64,000 bases of DNA from Basidiobolus ranarum (Eukaryota): assembly GCA_040143965.1 (NCBI GenBank), contig JASJQH010006880.1, forward strand, positions 1 to 64,000, read 5' to 3'. The notes under the pieces are model-generated. The model was not told the origin of the DNA. It made no database searches and saw only the letters and a list, made by a program, of their open reading frames with translations. Shown one piece after another: positions 14,745 to 27,897 of this stretch. The position numbers and the translations under genes were made by a program. The first letter of the stretch is position 1. The number at the start of each line of letters is the position of its first letter.

Positions 14745-17024
14745 TCAAAGTTTAGGCTCAGGGTTGGACATCCATCCGAATTCAAGCTTCTTCTTACCTC
14801 CAGGCTTGATCATTACATTGATAACAGACACGGTCTCTTTTTCTTCGAGAGCTTGATTGACGGCCTTTCCAAGTTCTTCAGGTGTACGTACAAAATATCC
14901 CTTCCCGCCAACTGCTTCAGCAATCATATCATAGCGAGTTTCTGGCAACAGTGCTGTGGGTGGCAACTTCTCAAATGCGGTCTTGGAGAATTCACCATCA
15001 TCTAAACCATGATATATACCATTGTTATTAACTACAATTATTATGAGGGGAAGCTTGGCACGAGCCGCGGTTTCAAGCTCCATAGCACTAAAGTATTGCA
15101 CAAAATTGTAACGCTTAGAAAGGTTGAAATATACATCCGACTGATATCACTCAGGTACAAACCTAAATCCAAATGCAGAATCCCCAACAATGGCCACAAC
15201 TTTTTTGTTAGGATGGAATACTTGAGCTGCAATAGAGAAACCCATACCGACTCCCATCGTAGCAAAGGTACCTACGTGTTGAAATTTTAGCATTGCTTGG
15301 ATGTTAAATTTAGACGTGTGAAATATTTAAATACCCGCATCAAGTCTTAGGCGTGGAGTATACATATCGAAGACCGTTCTCGCTATATCCATGGTGTTAG
15401 CACCTTCACTTACAATCATTACATCTTCCGGTAGTCGCTGCTTAATTTCAGAAAATACCCTATGGTAGGACATTGGAATAGAATCATCTTTGTAACGCTT
15501 CTCATTGGATTCGGTATTAGCCTGGATCTTTGCTTTCAGTTCCTTCAAGAATGGACTATTTTGTGAATATTGGTAACCCTTTAATCCTTCTGTGAGTTGT
15601 CTCACAACAAGGGAGATATCTCCCACAAGTGGAAGAGTCTCTCGGTTATTACTGATTTCTTCCGGACAGATATCAACTTGGATAATTTTACAATCTTTGT
15701 GAATTCTTGGGGCCATGCCGAAATGCAAAATCCAGTTAAGTCTAGCTCCGAGAAGAACAATAGCATCGGCCTTGGCAAGAGCCTTCGAACGAGCGGCTGC
15801 TACACAGAGAGGATGTGTGTCAGATACAACTCCCTTTCCCATTGGTGTAGGTAGGAAAGGAAATCCAACAGATTCTATTAAATGATTGACCTCATGTTCA
15901 CTTTTTGCGTATGCTGCACCTTTACCAACGATAATGAGGGGATTTTTTGCAGTTTTCAACACCTCAATAGCTCTTTCAACATCACGTGTATCGGCCTGGT
16001 ATTTAGGTGCTTCAGGGATTTGACGATGGATTGCAACCTTTCCAGATACGGTTCCCTGGATAAAGTCACCAGGCAAATCGATGTAACAGGGACCTGGTCG
16101 TCCGTACATAGAGGTTCTAAATGCCTTCTCAACAACGAATGGGATCTGTTCGATACTTCCGGGGCGAGCTGCAAATCTAGGCAAAATGTCAGACTGAGAA
16201 ATCTTTCAATAGGTGAGTTCTATAAGCCTACTTTGTATACTGACGACAAGCCTCGATTTGTCTAAATTCTTGAAATCCACCCATATCTTCCTGTAATATT
16301 AAACATATAAATATGAGCTCGATATATCAAATATCAAGAACTATTTCAAAAATGAATGGGTACCTGGGTAGTGTCGCTGGAGCCACTAATCAAAATCATG
16401 GGCTAAAATATGCAGTTTACGGTAAATGAGAGTAACAATCAAAATAGTATTACGTAATAGAAGCTCACCCAACAGTTAACTTGTGCATTTCCAAGTCCAG
16501 CAAGACCTACATTCATAAACTGTCAAAGATATGGTCAACGGAAAACCACAACAATGTTCATACCATGAATGACACCTGGACCGGATACAGTTAGACAGAC
16601 CTAAAGTGCAAAATAAAAAGTTAGTATCAACAATTTGCCTCGAAGCAGCTTTCCACTTATATGCTTACACCAGGACGACCGGTAAGAAAACCTGAAGAAT
16701 GAATTTAGGAAAGATCCTTTTCTATGACTTTGTATGCAAACTTACCCCAAGCACCAGCAGCGTAACTAGCGGATTGTTCGTTTCTAAAGCCAATGAATTT
16801 GATCCCAGCTTCAGTCAATGCTTCAGCAACCTATGGCATCAAAATTTAGTATTGAATTGATGTATATGTTTTACCTATCTGAAAGTAGCAATTACCACAC
16901 ATTAAATATACAGTACCTCTACCACTGGAATGCCAACTATACCAAAGACCACAGTCACCCCCTGTTCCTTCAGGCACTCTGCAATAAGCTTGGCTCCATT
17001 TGATTTTTCTAGTAGAATAGACAT
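14745..17024 (-). CDS. HACL1: 2-hydroxyacyl-CoA lyase / oxalyl-CoA decarboxylase-like TPP enzyme
   Basis: [72 protein letters not shown]...NNNGIY. C-terminal PKL is PTS1-like. Confidence 0.93.
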
Positions 17025-17552
17025 AGTTCCGATATTAGCTAGTCTTCAGAAACATTCGATTGATTTATATAAAGTTCATCTCAGATATGAAAATGTATGA
17101 TTCAATTCATGCCTGACCGCCTTTAGTCATACTCGCAATCATATTCAAAGTATATACCTGTAATCTGGTTGTAGTTTCCTTATATGCTCATCATGTGACG
17201 GAATGTCTAGATTTCGAATATTATGAGAAAGAATAAGTTTCTTAAATTCTCACATTGCTGCTATATCCAACCGAGATTGTAATTTGCGAACAAATGTGGT
17301 AGTACCAGCTTTGCGTGATTTTTCAAAAAGTGTTGTATTAAGTAAGGATCCGATAGCAGACTGGAAAATAGCGCAAACTTGATGACCTCTATTTATATTA
17401 GCCAATTGATAAGCAATTTAAATAGTACTGATAATACAAATCAAGTAAATAAGATAATGGTATAATAATCTAATAGATTTGTAATGACAAGGTATCTAGT
17501 ATTCATAACTGTTAAATCGAAATATATAGAATAAAACCTATTAGCATAAATA

Positions 17553-18905
17553 CTAGACTCCATCTTGACTTTTAGGAGAAGGATATGCACAGCTTCCATG
17601 CTCCTCCTCGCCTTCATAACAAATATGGGAGCCAACGCGTGCGAGAAACATTTTGAGACGGATACGTAGACAATCATTGTAAAGCTTTTCGTGTGATGAT
17701 TTTAGAATACCACTGTGAATCATTCTAAGGAAACTGTAAAAGTCGCATACTGATATTAATCGTTCTCTACAAAAACTGCAGGCAATCTTTGTCTCCACAT
17801 CGTGATCGTCCAGGCGATATGTGTAGTTGGTTGATGTGGCTACATGATGATTGCAAAGTGTGCAATTACTCCTTGCATACTGGAGTTGTGTTTCCTTTTG
17901 CTCATAATTGGTAAACAATGGCTCGATAACGATAGTCCCTACTTGTACAGCTGTAGCCAATTTCCTGTTTTGAAACCAACTGCGAACACCCGCTGTGGTA
18001 TCAAAACGCATCAAGACATCAATATCTTCTGTGATACATCGCTTCACAAATTTAGATTGAAAGATATTTTTAGGAGGTTGTTCTAAAAACTCTTTGAATT
18101 CAATGTACCGAATATCATCAAAATTAAAGGAAAGTCCATGCTCGCCGATTGTACTCTCTTCAGAATACATGCAACTATCGTAGCTTTGCTTATCTAATTC
18201 GGAAAGTAATGACCCTCTGTCATTCGATATACTGTCGTCGGTATAGGTAGAGGATTTTGGAGAGGGTAAAGGATTGTCGAACAGATCACTATTTGTTAGC
18301 TTCTTGTCTATATGAATAGTTAGAGGAGGTAGCTTGTGTTGTGGAGCGACTGGTTTGGTCTTTATAAAGTTACACTTGAGTTCTACAAGCTGTTCCGATT
18401 GTAAACTTGAAAGTTCTCGATATTCCTCGAGTTGCCTTTCTAGTATGATGTTCTTGCGTTTGATTTCAGCACATACTTTTCGTTGCTCCACTACCATCTT
18501 ATTAGCCTCTTCGAATAACTTGATAGACAACTCCTCGAGTTCGTTCTCCAACTCGAATTTTGCGTGTTCTACTTCCCCTCTCAGCTCAGTCTCATCGATA
18601 AGCTTCTCAGCGAGTCTCTTCATGTCTAGCTCGTATTGGGTCGCATCTTGTCTTTTGATGTGAGCCAAGGTGATTCTTAGCTCGGCAATTATTTCTTTGG
18701 AGGATTTCAAATCCTTTTCAATGAAAAGCAAACGTTGCTCAGTATTGAATTTCTCCTGCTCCAACTCGGCAAGTCTAATCCTCAGCGAGTTTATTTCTAG
18801 ATAAGGATTCTCAGCGTCCGAATCAACGGTGAGCTGACTTGAGTTTGTGAACGTGCTGATACCTAGTTCATTTGAATCAAAGGTCCGTGGTTGTGACACA
18901 GTCAT
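17553..18905 (-). CDS. SEC2: Rab GEF Sec2/Rabin8 family (intronless)
   Basis: ELEELSIKLFEEANKMV Sec2 coiled coil, KRCITEDID, and Cys-rich C-terminal CTLC...CSFCRERLISVCDFYSFLR. Confidence 0.88.
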   Translation of the reverse strand: MTVSQPRTFDSNELGISTFTNSSQLTVDSDAENPYLEINSLRIRLAELEQEKFNTEQRLLFIEKDLKSSKEIIAELRITLAHIKRQDATQYELDMKRLAEKLIDETELRGEVEHAKFELENELEELSIKLFEEANKMVVEQRKVCAEIKRKNIILERQLEEYRELSSLQSEQLVELKCNFIKTKPVAPQHKLPPLTIHIDKKLTNSDLFDNPLPSPKSSTYTDDSISNDRGSLLSELDKQSYDSCMYSEESTIGEHGLSFNFDDIRYIEFKEFLEQPPKNIFQSKFVKRCITEDIDVLMRFDTTAGVRSWFQNRKLATAVQVGTIVIEPLFTNYEQKETQLQYARSNCTLCNHHVATSTNYTYRLDDHDVETKIACSFCRERLISVCDFYSFLRMIHSGILKSSHEKLYNDCLRIRLKMFLARVGSHICYEGEEEHGSCAYPSPKSQDGV

Positions 18906-19711
18906 AACAAAGCAAATTCCTTCGTTGATACCAATAAATGAAGATTATACAATCAGTAAGGCATACAACTGTTCAAAAGAGGTAGAGGTGATATTCTAAG
19001 GCAAGGTTGGCTGGTAGCGTGAAATATATTAGCGTGAAATATATGGCTAATTGGAGATGGGCTGAATATATAGTTGAGTGAGGATAATAGCTGATTATGG
19101 CTGTGCAGCTTTATTTGAAGCCATCTGAGATAGCCTCATGTAGTCTTGCCTTTCTTTACGGGAATTAGTCTATATCAAAGCTATTAAGTAACGATTGTAT
19201 TCAACAGCCTTGATGCATCACAACCCAAATAACAGTAAGATAAACCGATCGGATTTAATCTCATCCTACACAAAATAATTCACAATTGATGCAGCATTCT
19301 GCGTAGCGTTGAGAGGCTGTTGTTTGCTAAGCGCCCAAAATTGGATTATATATTGTTGCATAATCCAACTAGGTCTAATCCAGATGATAGTATTGTATCG
19401 CTATCGAGTTGACCAAATTATTGTTCATGATGTCTCTACCTGTGCTATCGGACCGTTACACTAACAAAACAAATCAGTAAACTCCTCTCATGGCCCCATG
19501 TTGGCCCCATGGATATAAAATTCCTCGTGAAATAGAATTTTGGGTTTTAAGCAAAATAATAAAAAAAATCCTTGGATTTGTTCAATGGATGGGGCCCCAA
19601 ATGCTAAGAGTGATTCTTTGGTTGGGGTAATTGGCCTTTGTAAAAGGTATTCATTATTAGAACACAAGGTTTCTTGTCACTTCGGCCTGTTCTTCAAATT
19701 TATCCTACAGT

Positions 19712-20141
19712 ATGTCTCTTGCCAACTATATCAAGCAAAGCTCTTTCCTTCAAAAGATTTTCGTCCCTTTGGGTAACGCATACGCTAATGCTGCTGGTTA
19801 CAGACGCCTTGGTAATACCTCATCAACTTTATTTCTCTCTCGTAGATTAACTTCTAATACTTTCTATTTTCCTCGTAGGCCTTCGTTATGACGACATTAT
19901 TGCCGAAGAGAGCGATGTTGTTAGAGAGGCTTTGAGACGTCTTTCCGAAAAAGAAACCTACGACAGAGCATATCGTCTTCGTGTTGCTATGCAATGCTCT
20001 CTATCCCACACCGAGCTCCCCAAAGCTCAATGGACCAAACCTGAAGAAGATATTCGTTATCTGCAACCAATAATTGACAGTGTTGAGCGTGAAAATGCTG
20101 AACGTGCCAAGTTCGATTCCCTTAAGCCCACTCGTAACTAA
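19712..20141 (+). CDS. QCR7: Cytochrome b-c1 complex subunit 7 (one intron)
   Basis: YANAAGYRRLGLRYDDIIAEE...ALRRL...YDRAYRLRVA...LPKAQWTKPEED. Confidence 0.95.
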
Positions 20142-20406
20142 AACCACGTTACCCTACCTCTTCACTTTTCTCCTTTTACATAAGCATTTTAAACACCATT
20201 AAATACTCGAGAGCTGTTTCGATAGAATATTTTCTCTTACATTTATTTGTCTTTTGGCATACTTGTCCATTTCAAACAAAAGTTGCAAAACGACATTGTC
20301 CATCAAAAATAATCCTCGGTCATTATTTTAATGTACATATTTTATGACGATGGGGGGAGGGAGGGAGGATGAATAGGAAACGGCCATAGGTTTGTAAATG
20401 GAAGAT

Positions 20407-23400
20407 TTAATGAATTCTAGCAAGTTCCTCAATGATTTTAGTTAATTCTTCAACGGTGGTTTTGAGTGGTGTACCTCCCTCAATACCAGTCACCACGTCT
20501 TCCATACGTTCCTTTTTCAAATCCAAGAAACACTCGATTAAATCGCCGTCTAAAAACCCATGACAAGAGACTGTCTTTCGTTCATTTTGGAAGGCTCTCC
20601 ATCTACAACAAGCTGTGTTCAGTGATATGAAAAGAAATGGAAACATGAAGGGCAAATACATACTCTTGATGGTCCAGTCCACCGACTCCATGGATAACTC
20701 TAGTCAGATTAGATTGAACTTGAAGTAAGAAGTTATACTGATCTTCAGGAAGTGTGGCAACAACTCCAATAGCACCATTAGCCGTACCAAAGAGAAGGCT
20801 GGGTATGGCAGGAGTTTCATTGTCAGGCTGGTTCATTACCAAAGAACCTATGCATTGTAACGGTTGAGATGTGTTATCTGTTTACATGACAATATACACA
20901 CTTACCGTGTCTGAATTTGTTCACAAACTCTCCTAGATGGAATTGACCAACCGTTTCAAGCCTTCTTCTCTCTTCGTCAGTTGTAGCCTCAGCATTTTTG
21001 CGAACAGTGAATAAATTAAAGCCTATTTCTGACCCAATATAGATATCATCATCTAGGGCTTCGACAGCACTCATCCAATTTGAGTTATAATCTTTAGAGA
21101 TCTCCTCAATCGTGTCATCTAGCTGCTTATAAGCCAAGAGTGAGATGGATCGCATAAGGTCACCAACAACGATGAAGTCTCCACGTGTCACAATATAAAG
21201 AGCTAGGACATGTCCTTCATGGCTATAAACATGATTCAAAGCTCCAGTTTCGCTCTCGTTCAAGCTCCATTCAAACAGAGATACCTATACTTCCACAAAC
21301 AAATTAAGATTAACATATGAAATCTACAAGAAGGGTTTTGAACAGTGTTTAGTATGCCTTGTTATTGATTCCCGCCAAAAGCTTCCCAGCAAAAGGCACA
21401 ACAGAGTACACACATCCTTTCACTTCAATATCGGATATAAGTTTAATCTGGCGTGTGTCCGACACTTGAAATACCAATATTTTCCCGGATTTTGGTTCGT
21501 CTTGATCAGGCAGTGCAAAAGCAGTGCCAACCACGTAGTAGACATTGGAATCTTGTTCGAAGGTAACACTTGAGATACACTGAACGGATTCATGGGTATC
21601 CATCTGGAATGAGTCGAGAACTAAGGGAGGTAATTTGAGTGTTATATAGCTTCTCTTCGTAATAAATCATCAGATAAAATGGTAGAAACTAACCCTCAAA
21701 GGTTTGGTCATCAAATAGTTTAAAATACGATGTCTGATCTTCTTCTCCCGATATGGGATCCACAGAAAGCTTCATCGTCAAAACTCCAAACGTGCGAGTG
21801 GCTTCTTGGTGAGTAATTCGTCGTGCCATTTCTCCCAAGGGCACTGTTCGAATGTGAAGTTTCTGGATCTCATCAATGGTACCAATGGTAAGTCCTTCAT
21901 CGGAGGAGAGTGCCAGGGAATTGGGGAATGAAGAAGAATGGAAAGGGCAAACAGATGTGACCTCCTACAATTGTGCTTTTAGCAATACTCCTTAAAAAAT
22001 CCTACAACAAGGCTAACCTTTAGATTGACATTGGAGTATGAGAGCTTTTGATTGCTACTGTAAATAACGGTGGGACGATCTGACGCTGCAAATACATGCG
22101 TTGTTCCATTGGATTTAAAGGTAGAAAGCACAATGGGCTGAGTGCCCAAGGTAATCTTTTTACGGTCAGTCAACTCTCCAGTAGTCATATCAAGGACAAA
22201 GTTGAATAGATGGCCATCACCTGGATAGTAATAAGTTAAGTGAGGTACACTCTGTCATATGCGCACACTGGTAACTAACCTAAAGCTATCAAAAGGTAAT
22301 TGATTCCCTCGAAGGAAGCCATCAATACGGATCTTGGAATAATCTCTAGAAAACCAAGTAAATAAAGAAGTAAGAATCTATCCAAATGATTTCTCAGCAT
22401 GAATATCTAACCTCCTCCTAAAAACTGCTTGTTCAATGGCTCGAGTGTTGGTAAACGTAGAAGTTTAACACTGATATCCGTCCACAGACCGACAGCACAG
22501 ATTGAAGACGAAGTTGGTGAAGAAGGATCCAAGGGATTGATGTCGAGACAGGCGATTTCATGCTCTAACTGACAACGACTGTTCGATTGAAAAAATAAGA
22601 GATCTGCATCTTAGAATTGTATATCACTCTACATACTTTTTTTCGATCAGCTCTGACTCGCGAATCTCGAAATAGACAAGAATACCACCACCAAGTGCCA
22701 CTACGATTTGAGAAGGATTGATACAGGCAACATTTATCTTGGAGCCAGCATCAGGAAGCCACTTGGAGATGGAGGTTTTGCTTTCGACATCAATTAAATT
22801 GATCGAAGACTCTGTAACCTATCATTTGATTAGCACCCTTTTCTTTCAAGTCATGGGGAGAGAGTTAGGGTTACGTACCTGTGCTACAGTTTTACCACTG
22901 ACATTTGCAGTAGCAATAGTCATCTCGTTTGTTTCAAAGCCTCCAAAATCCTCAACCTCTTCCATTTCCTCTCCATCTAGAGCCAACACACGCGTTTCAC
23001 CAATAAACGAGATGACTAGCATATTTTCATGACTGAAATTGACACGAAAAATTAGGTAAGACTCCATCAACTGGATGCATTTACAAGTACCTCGCGTCAT
23101 ATGTGGGGCGTAGCGACCAGATCCCTTTGATGCCGCTCATTTCTAAGACGGCCTGCTCATTTATCCCAACACCGTTGCGAATAATGCGCAGGGAGCCATC
23201 TTTGTAAGCTCCAGAGCATGTGACAATTTGCCCCTAGGTGAAAAAGATCAGCGTTTCATCTAATCAACATTGAATTTCCTCGTATTCATACTTGGCCTTG
23301 TCTTTCCAAATCAACAACACAAAAATCGGCAATTGGTGCTAAATTTGTAAACCGATCGACGATTTCCAGAAAATCTTCATTCTCGTTCGGTTCGGTGCCT

Positions 23401-24904
23401 AGCTTGACAAGCTGAGAGTCTCCAAAGTGGGACCCTACAAAAGTATATCCATTGTCAAGATAGACTATGCAAGATGCAGCAGAGGTCTATGTTACACAGG
23501 TACAGAGTAATTGAGAAATAGTCCCGAGAAATATAACCGTTCGTAGCCATAAGCCTAATTACCTCGCCTAATCTTTCCAACTTCAAGTCTGCGACTACGT
23601 TGTCGTTGCTAAGCAAAACAAGGACAAAAAGATTCCCTAAATAATCACCCAAAAGGTACCGCGAGCCATCGGGGTCAATCTGACCATAACTGGAAGGATT
23701 AGTCAAGGATACTAAATGCAATACACTATAAGGCTAGCTCTAATCTTTTGATAAGGATACGCTTTGATTACGGTCGTTTTTATCGATATAGACCTGGTGA
23801 TTTTGCCGTTGTAATACGTAATTGTTTGCTCCCCAATAGTGATAACCCCGCCTATAATAGTTTAGTACATTATTCAATCAAGGTGGCAAACAACTAAATC
23901 TCCATTACCTAGTGGTGCTGGAACTCCAATTAAGAGGTTAGCACCCGGCTCCACATTGCTAATACTCCAAGGCCCTTCCAGGAATTCCTTGTCTTTGATT
24001 GAAATCTCGTATGTTTTGATATGTCTAGCTTCTTTAGTATCCTGATACAATACCGCTAAGGTGGGTTTAGCCACTCCGTGCAAAAACGTCATTGAAACAA
24101 TCAATAGCTCTTCAAGTCTATATACGACGCATGAACAATGAGGTTGATAAATTGTCTACACAGTGAAGTCATAATGTGAAGCTTTTGTAATACCGAATAT
24201 TGAAAGCGTCTCGTAAATCTCCTATTTTAACAGATTTAAGGGAATCTTTTCCGCGACTAGAGCTTCTGGTCACTCCAGAATGCTTGCCTATGCTTTCCTT
24301 TTCTATAGGGATAACTTTAAAGAGCCCTTGGTACAAGTGCATTCCAATAAGACGACACTCAGAGTCAATTAAACCAATCTGGCCACTGTCGCACGGTTTA
24401 CCAGTGAGATCTTTCAAATCTCCATTTGCCTCGGTGTTCAAAACACCAGCATCATGGTCATAAGAGAGTACGAAAAATTTGTATTTTTCTGTGGATACAA
24501 ACAAAAGATCCGTATCACGACCCTGAAGTATTTGAAATGGTTAATTAAAAGACATAGCTCAATCAACAAAGAATAAAATATGAATTCTATTGCATTTTGA
24601 AGTTATACAATATATACACATACCGGTGGACGATATAATTTTAACGTGGCAATTCTCCCATATACTCCAAATTCCATAAAAGGTCTCAAGCCTTCTGGGG
24701 AAAGCAAATATATCTCGATCCTTGTACCTTTACTGAGTAAAACAGTAGTGTTAATAATGGAACATGTCTCAGCAGCTACTGAACAAATCCTCGTCGACCA
24801 TACCTCACAATTAAATTGGTGTGCTCTGGCCCAGTAAATTTTCCTTTAACGGCATTTTGTATAGAAGTTGACTTCTGTGCAGTCACTACGTAATTATAAG
24901 CCAT
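20407..24904 (-). CDS. DDB1: DNA damage-binding protein 1 (CUL4 adaptor), many introns
   Basis: [103 protein letters not shown]. Confidence 0.97.
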
Positions 24905-25190
24905 AACAGAACGAAAATAATATTTCGATAAACGTTGAAGAGACTTAGAGAGCGTTCACTACGTAATAATAACAATCTACACAGCACAGTATGATAATGT
25001 ATAAACTCTTGTTACATGTATGATTTCGCAAAACAAATTAATAGCAAACACGTGACTGCGATGATTGTCCTGGCCAGTAGAAATATTTATAATAATCAAA
25101 CTAAATAAATATTAACTTCTGCGTTATACTTACACAAGCTGGGCCAACAATTATGCTTTATATTGACTGTTCGTTCATGCGACTACGTTG

Positions 25191-27588
25191 ATGACTTCAC
25201 CAGAGATAAATCGAGACCTTACTGAACTTAGTATTCAACTAAACAGCGTTATCAATAATGACAATTCGGTTAAAGGACCAACTCTTAAGCGTAATATATT
25301 TAGACTGCTTGAGTTAGCTACCAAAGGATATGACCTTTCTTCTTTATTGAAAGATATAATTATGGTAAACTAAACTACATTAATATATCAGTCCTGATTT
25401 TAACCTCACTCTCTATCTTGGAAGGTTGCTGCAAAGTGTGAGTGGGTAGATAGAAAACTCATCTACTATATCTTAAGCTTGCAAGCTACTTCAAATCCGG
25501 AAATATTTTTGTTACTCATAAATTCTTTAAGAAAGGACTGTACACACACAATTGGAACTATACGTGCTCAATCTCTGAAAATACTTTGTACTTTCCCGAG
25601 CACATTAGACCCTGATAGTTATAAGAGCTACTTGACAGATGCTCTAAAAACTGCTCTAGCAGATTCTAATCCTTATGTTAGAAAAACCGCAGTAACGCTT
25701 TTGCAAACAATTAGGCGAAAGTATTCCATTTCATTGGGTATTTTGTTACCGTTACGATATTACATAATTAGATACCTCATAATAACAATATTACAGTAGA
25801 ATTTAATCCGATCCTAGGCAAGTTGGTCGCCGACCCTAACCAAGAAGTTTCAGCAGGAGCAGTTGCTTTACTGTGTGGAGTTGTAGGGATTGACTCCTCC
25901 TTGAGCTCACGAGATTTCTTCAAATTATTGAAAAAGATCGAGCATATTGATTCATGGAATCGATGCCAATATCTCAGATTGATGAATAACTTCTCCATAA
26001 GCACGGAAAACGAATTTCTAAAGATCATGGTAAAGTTCAGTGGCCATTCTTTCACGAAATATGACAAGAACTAATACCTGTACATAGACTCGGTTAGAGC
26101 ATAATCTTCATCACTCACATCAAGGGGTAGTCTTTGGAACAATGGAATTTCTAATTAATCAGGCGAAACGCTTCCCATCAATTCTTCCAGATACTCTGAA
26201 TGTCCTCAAAAGTAAAAGAGTTCATAAAATCTTGGAACGCCACATACGACTTACATTTAAGAATCGAAACTGTAGAACCCCTGCTAAATGCTTTAGCACT
26301 AGGAGATCAAGAGCTTATGTTTCTATCGCTAACCCACCTACGAGCCATTGTGACTGCTTATCCAACTCTAGCCTACACTTTAAGATATCGTGATTTTTAT
26401 TGCAGGTCGATAAGCTTTGACTTTTGATTCCAAATAATCATTAACACGAATTCTCGATTACATAGAGATCAAGACTCTTCTTTTTTAAAACAAGAGAAGA
26501 TTAACATGCTTGCTGACATAGTTGCAGAAGAGAGCGCCTTGGAAATTCTAGAAGAGCTTTAGTATGCTGATTACTGATGTCTGTAGATGAACCGTTTAAC
26601 CTAAATTTATACCTTTAGTCTCTACGCCGTTAACGCAAGTACTACGGTGGCACATTCGTCGATTCTCGCCATATCCCAAATTTCTGTTAAGATCCCGAAG
26701 ATGTCTACCCTTTGCCTCAGAAAGATCCATGAGATTTGCACACTTCGCAAAGAACTAATTCCGTTCATATTTACAGTAATCTCAAGTCAGATTCACTGGT
26801 TAATGGCGCTTTGGAAGCAATACACGGTATACTAATTATGTTCTTTACTCTAGTATGCCTAGGAAATGTACCCTCCAAAAATGGATCCAGTATTCTTACT
26901 CAATTCTTCATATTTCTAAATGATATTGCGGATTCCAATGAAGCAGTAATTTCGTTTCTCAGAATACTAGGAAAATATGCAGCACATATTTCTGAAGTTC
27001 CATATATACTCGAGGAGTTTATAAGAGTAACTCAACCTACAACAGCAACAGATGTGTATATAGAACTGTTACATAGTACCTTGGCCGCATTTTTTCAGAA
27101 ACCAAGTGAGTGCAGAGATCTCTTAGGTTTCTTGATGAAAAGAGGCTCGGAACCTGATGTACCGCAGCCAGTTCTGGAGCGAACACAAATTCTATATTTG
27201 CTATTGAAACTTGATCGCCCTTTGGTATGTGACAAATCAAATAGATAGAACGACACTCTTCTGACTAACGCAACTTAACAAGGTTCAACGGTTGATTGAA
27301 GATTACTATGACATCCACTTCACCTCAGAATCATTGATTAATATCCCGGTTAGTTAGTATAACGTCAAATCCTATGGTCATCCATTCATTGTTGCATATA
27401 CATATTCTTAGAAACGGAACGTTCAAGACTTCAACTCGCTAAAGATCATACTACCGTCATGGGTTGAGAAAATGCCCACTGAACCGTCAACAAGTCACCC
27501 TTTAGATAAGGGTAAATCGGTATTGATAGATCTAACTAACAACGATACAACTCTAATTGAGCCACACCCAGATGATTCTGTACATTAA
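25191..27588 (+). CDS. AP4B1: Divergent beta-adaptin, most similar to the AP-4 beta subunit (multi-exon)
   Basis: ATKGYDLSSL, RKLIYY, LLINSLRKDC, LADSNPYVRKTA, VPYILE, ELLHSTLAAFFQKPSECRDLLG, DFNSL. The LRKDC and FFxKPxECxDxLG segments resemble AP4B1 as I recall it. Confidence 0.72.
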
Positions 27589-27897
27589 CTTTATATTTCT
27601 TCAATTCACGTGACAAACGTTTTTTGAATTCAATATATTTGTTATATATATGTTATATTTGGCATTCTATATCCCTACAAACGGCTTTTCACTCCCTTCA
27701 ATCAGGGATGGTAATAAATCAGATATCCCAGTCCATCAAAGGCTGAAAAAAAAACAAAAAAAATATTGCCAAACTTATTTGGGGATTATAATTTGAGACC
27801 CCAAATTGGAATTATTCGATCGGATAATAAAAAGAGAGTTGACAAAAATTATACCTTCTCTTTCATACACGTTCAACGGGTACTCTGTGCATCCAAC

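Noticed and set aside
19015-19044. 15-bp direct duplication tagcgtgaaatatat x2 (similar 13-bp duplication at 44135-44160)
   Set aside because: Isolated short tandem duplications are common slippage products, and I recognised no motif or element in them.
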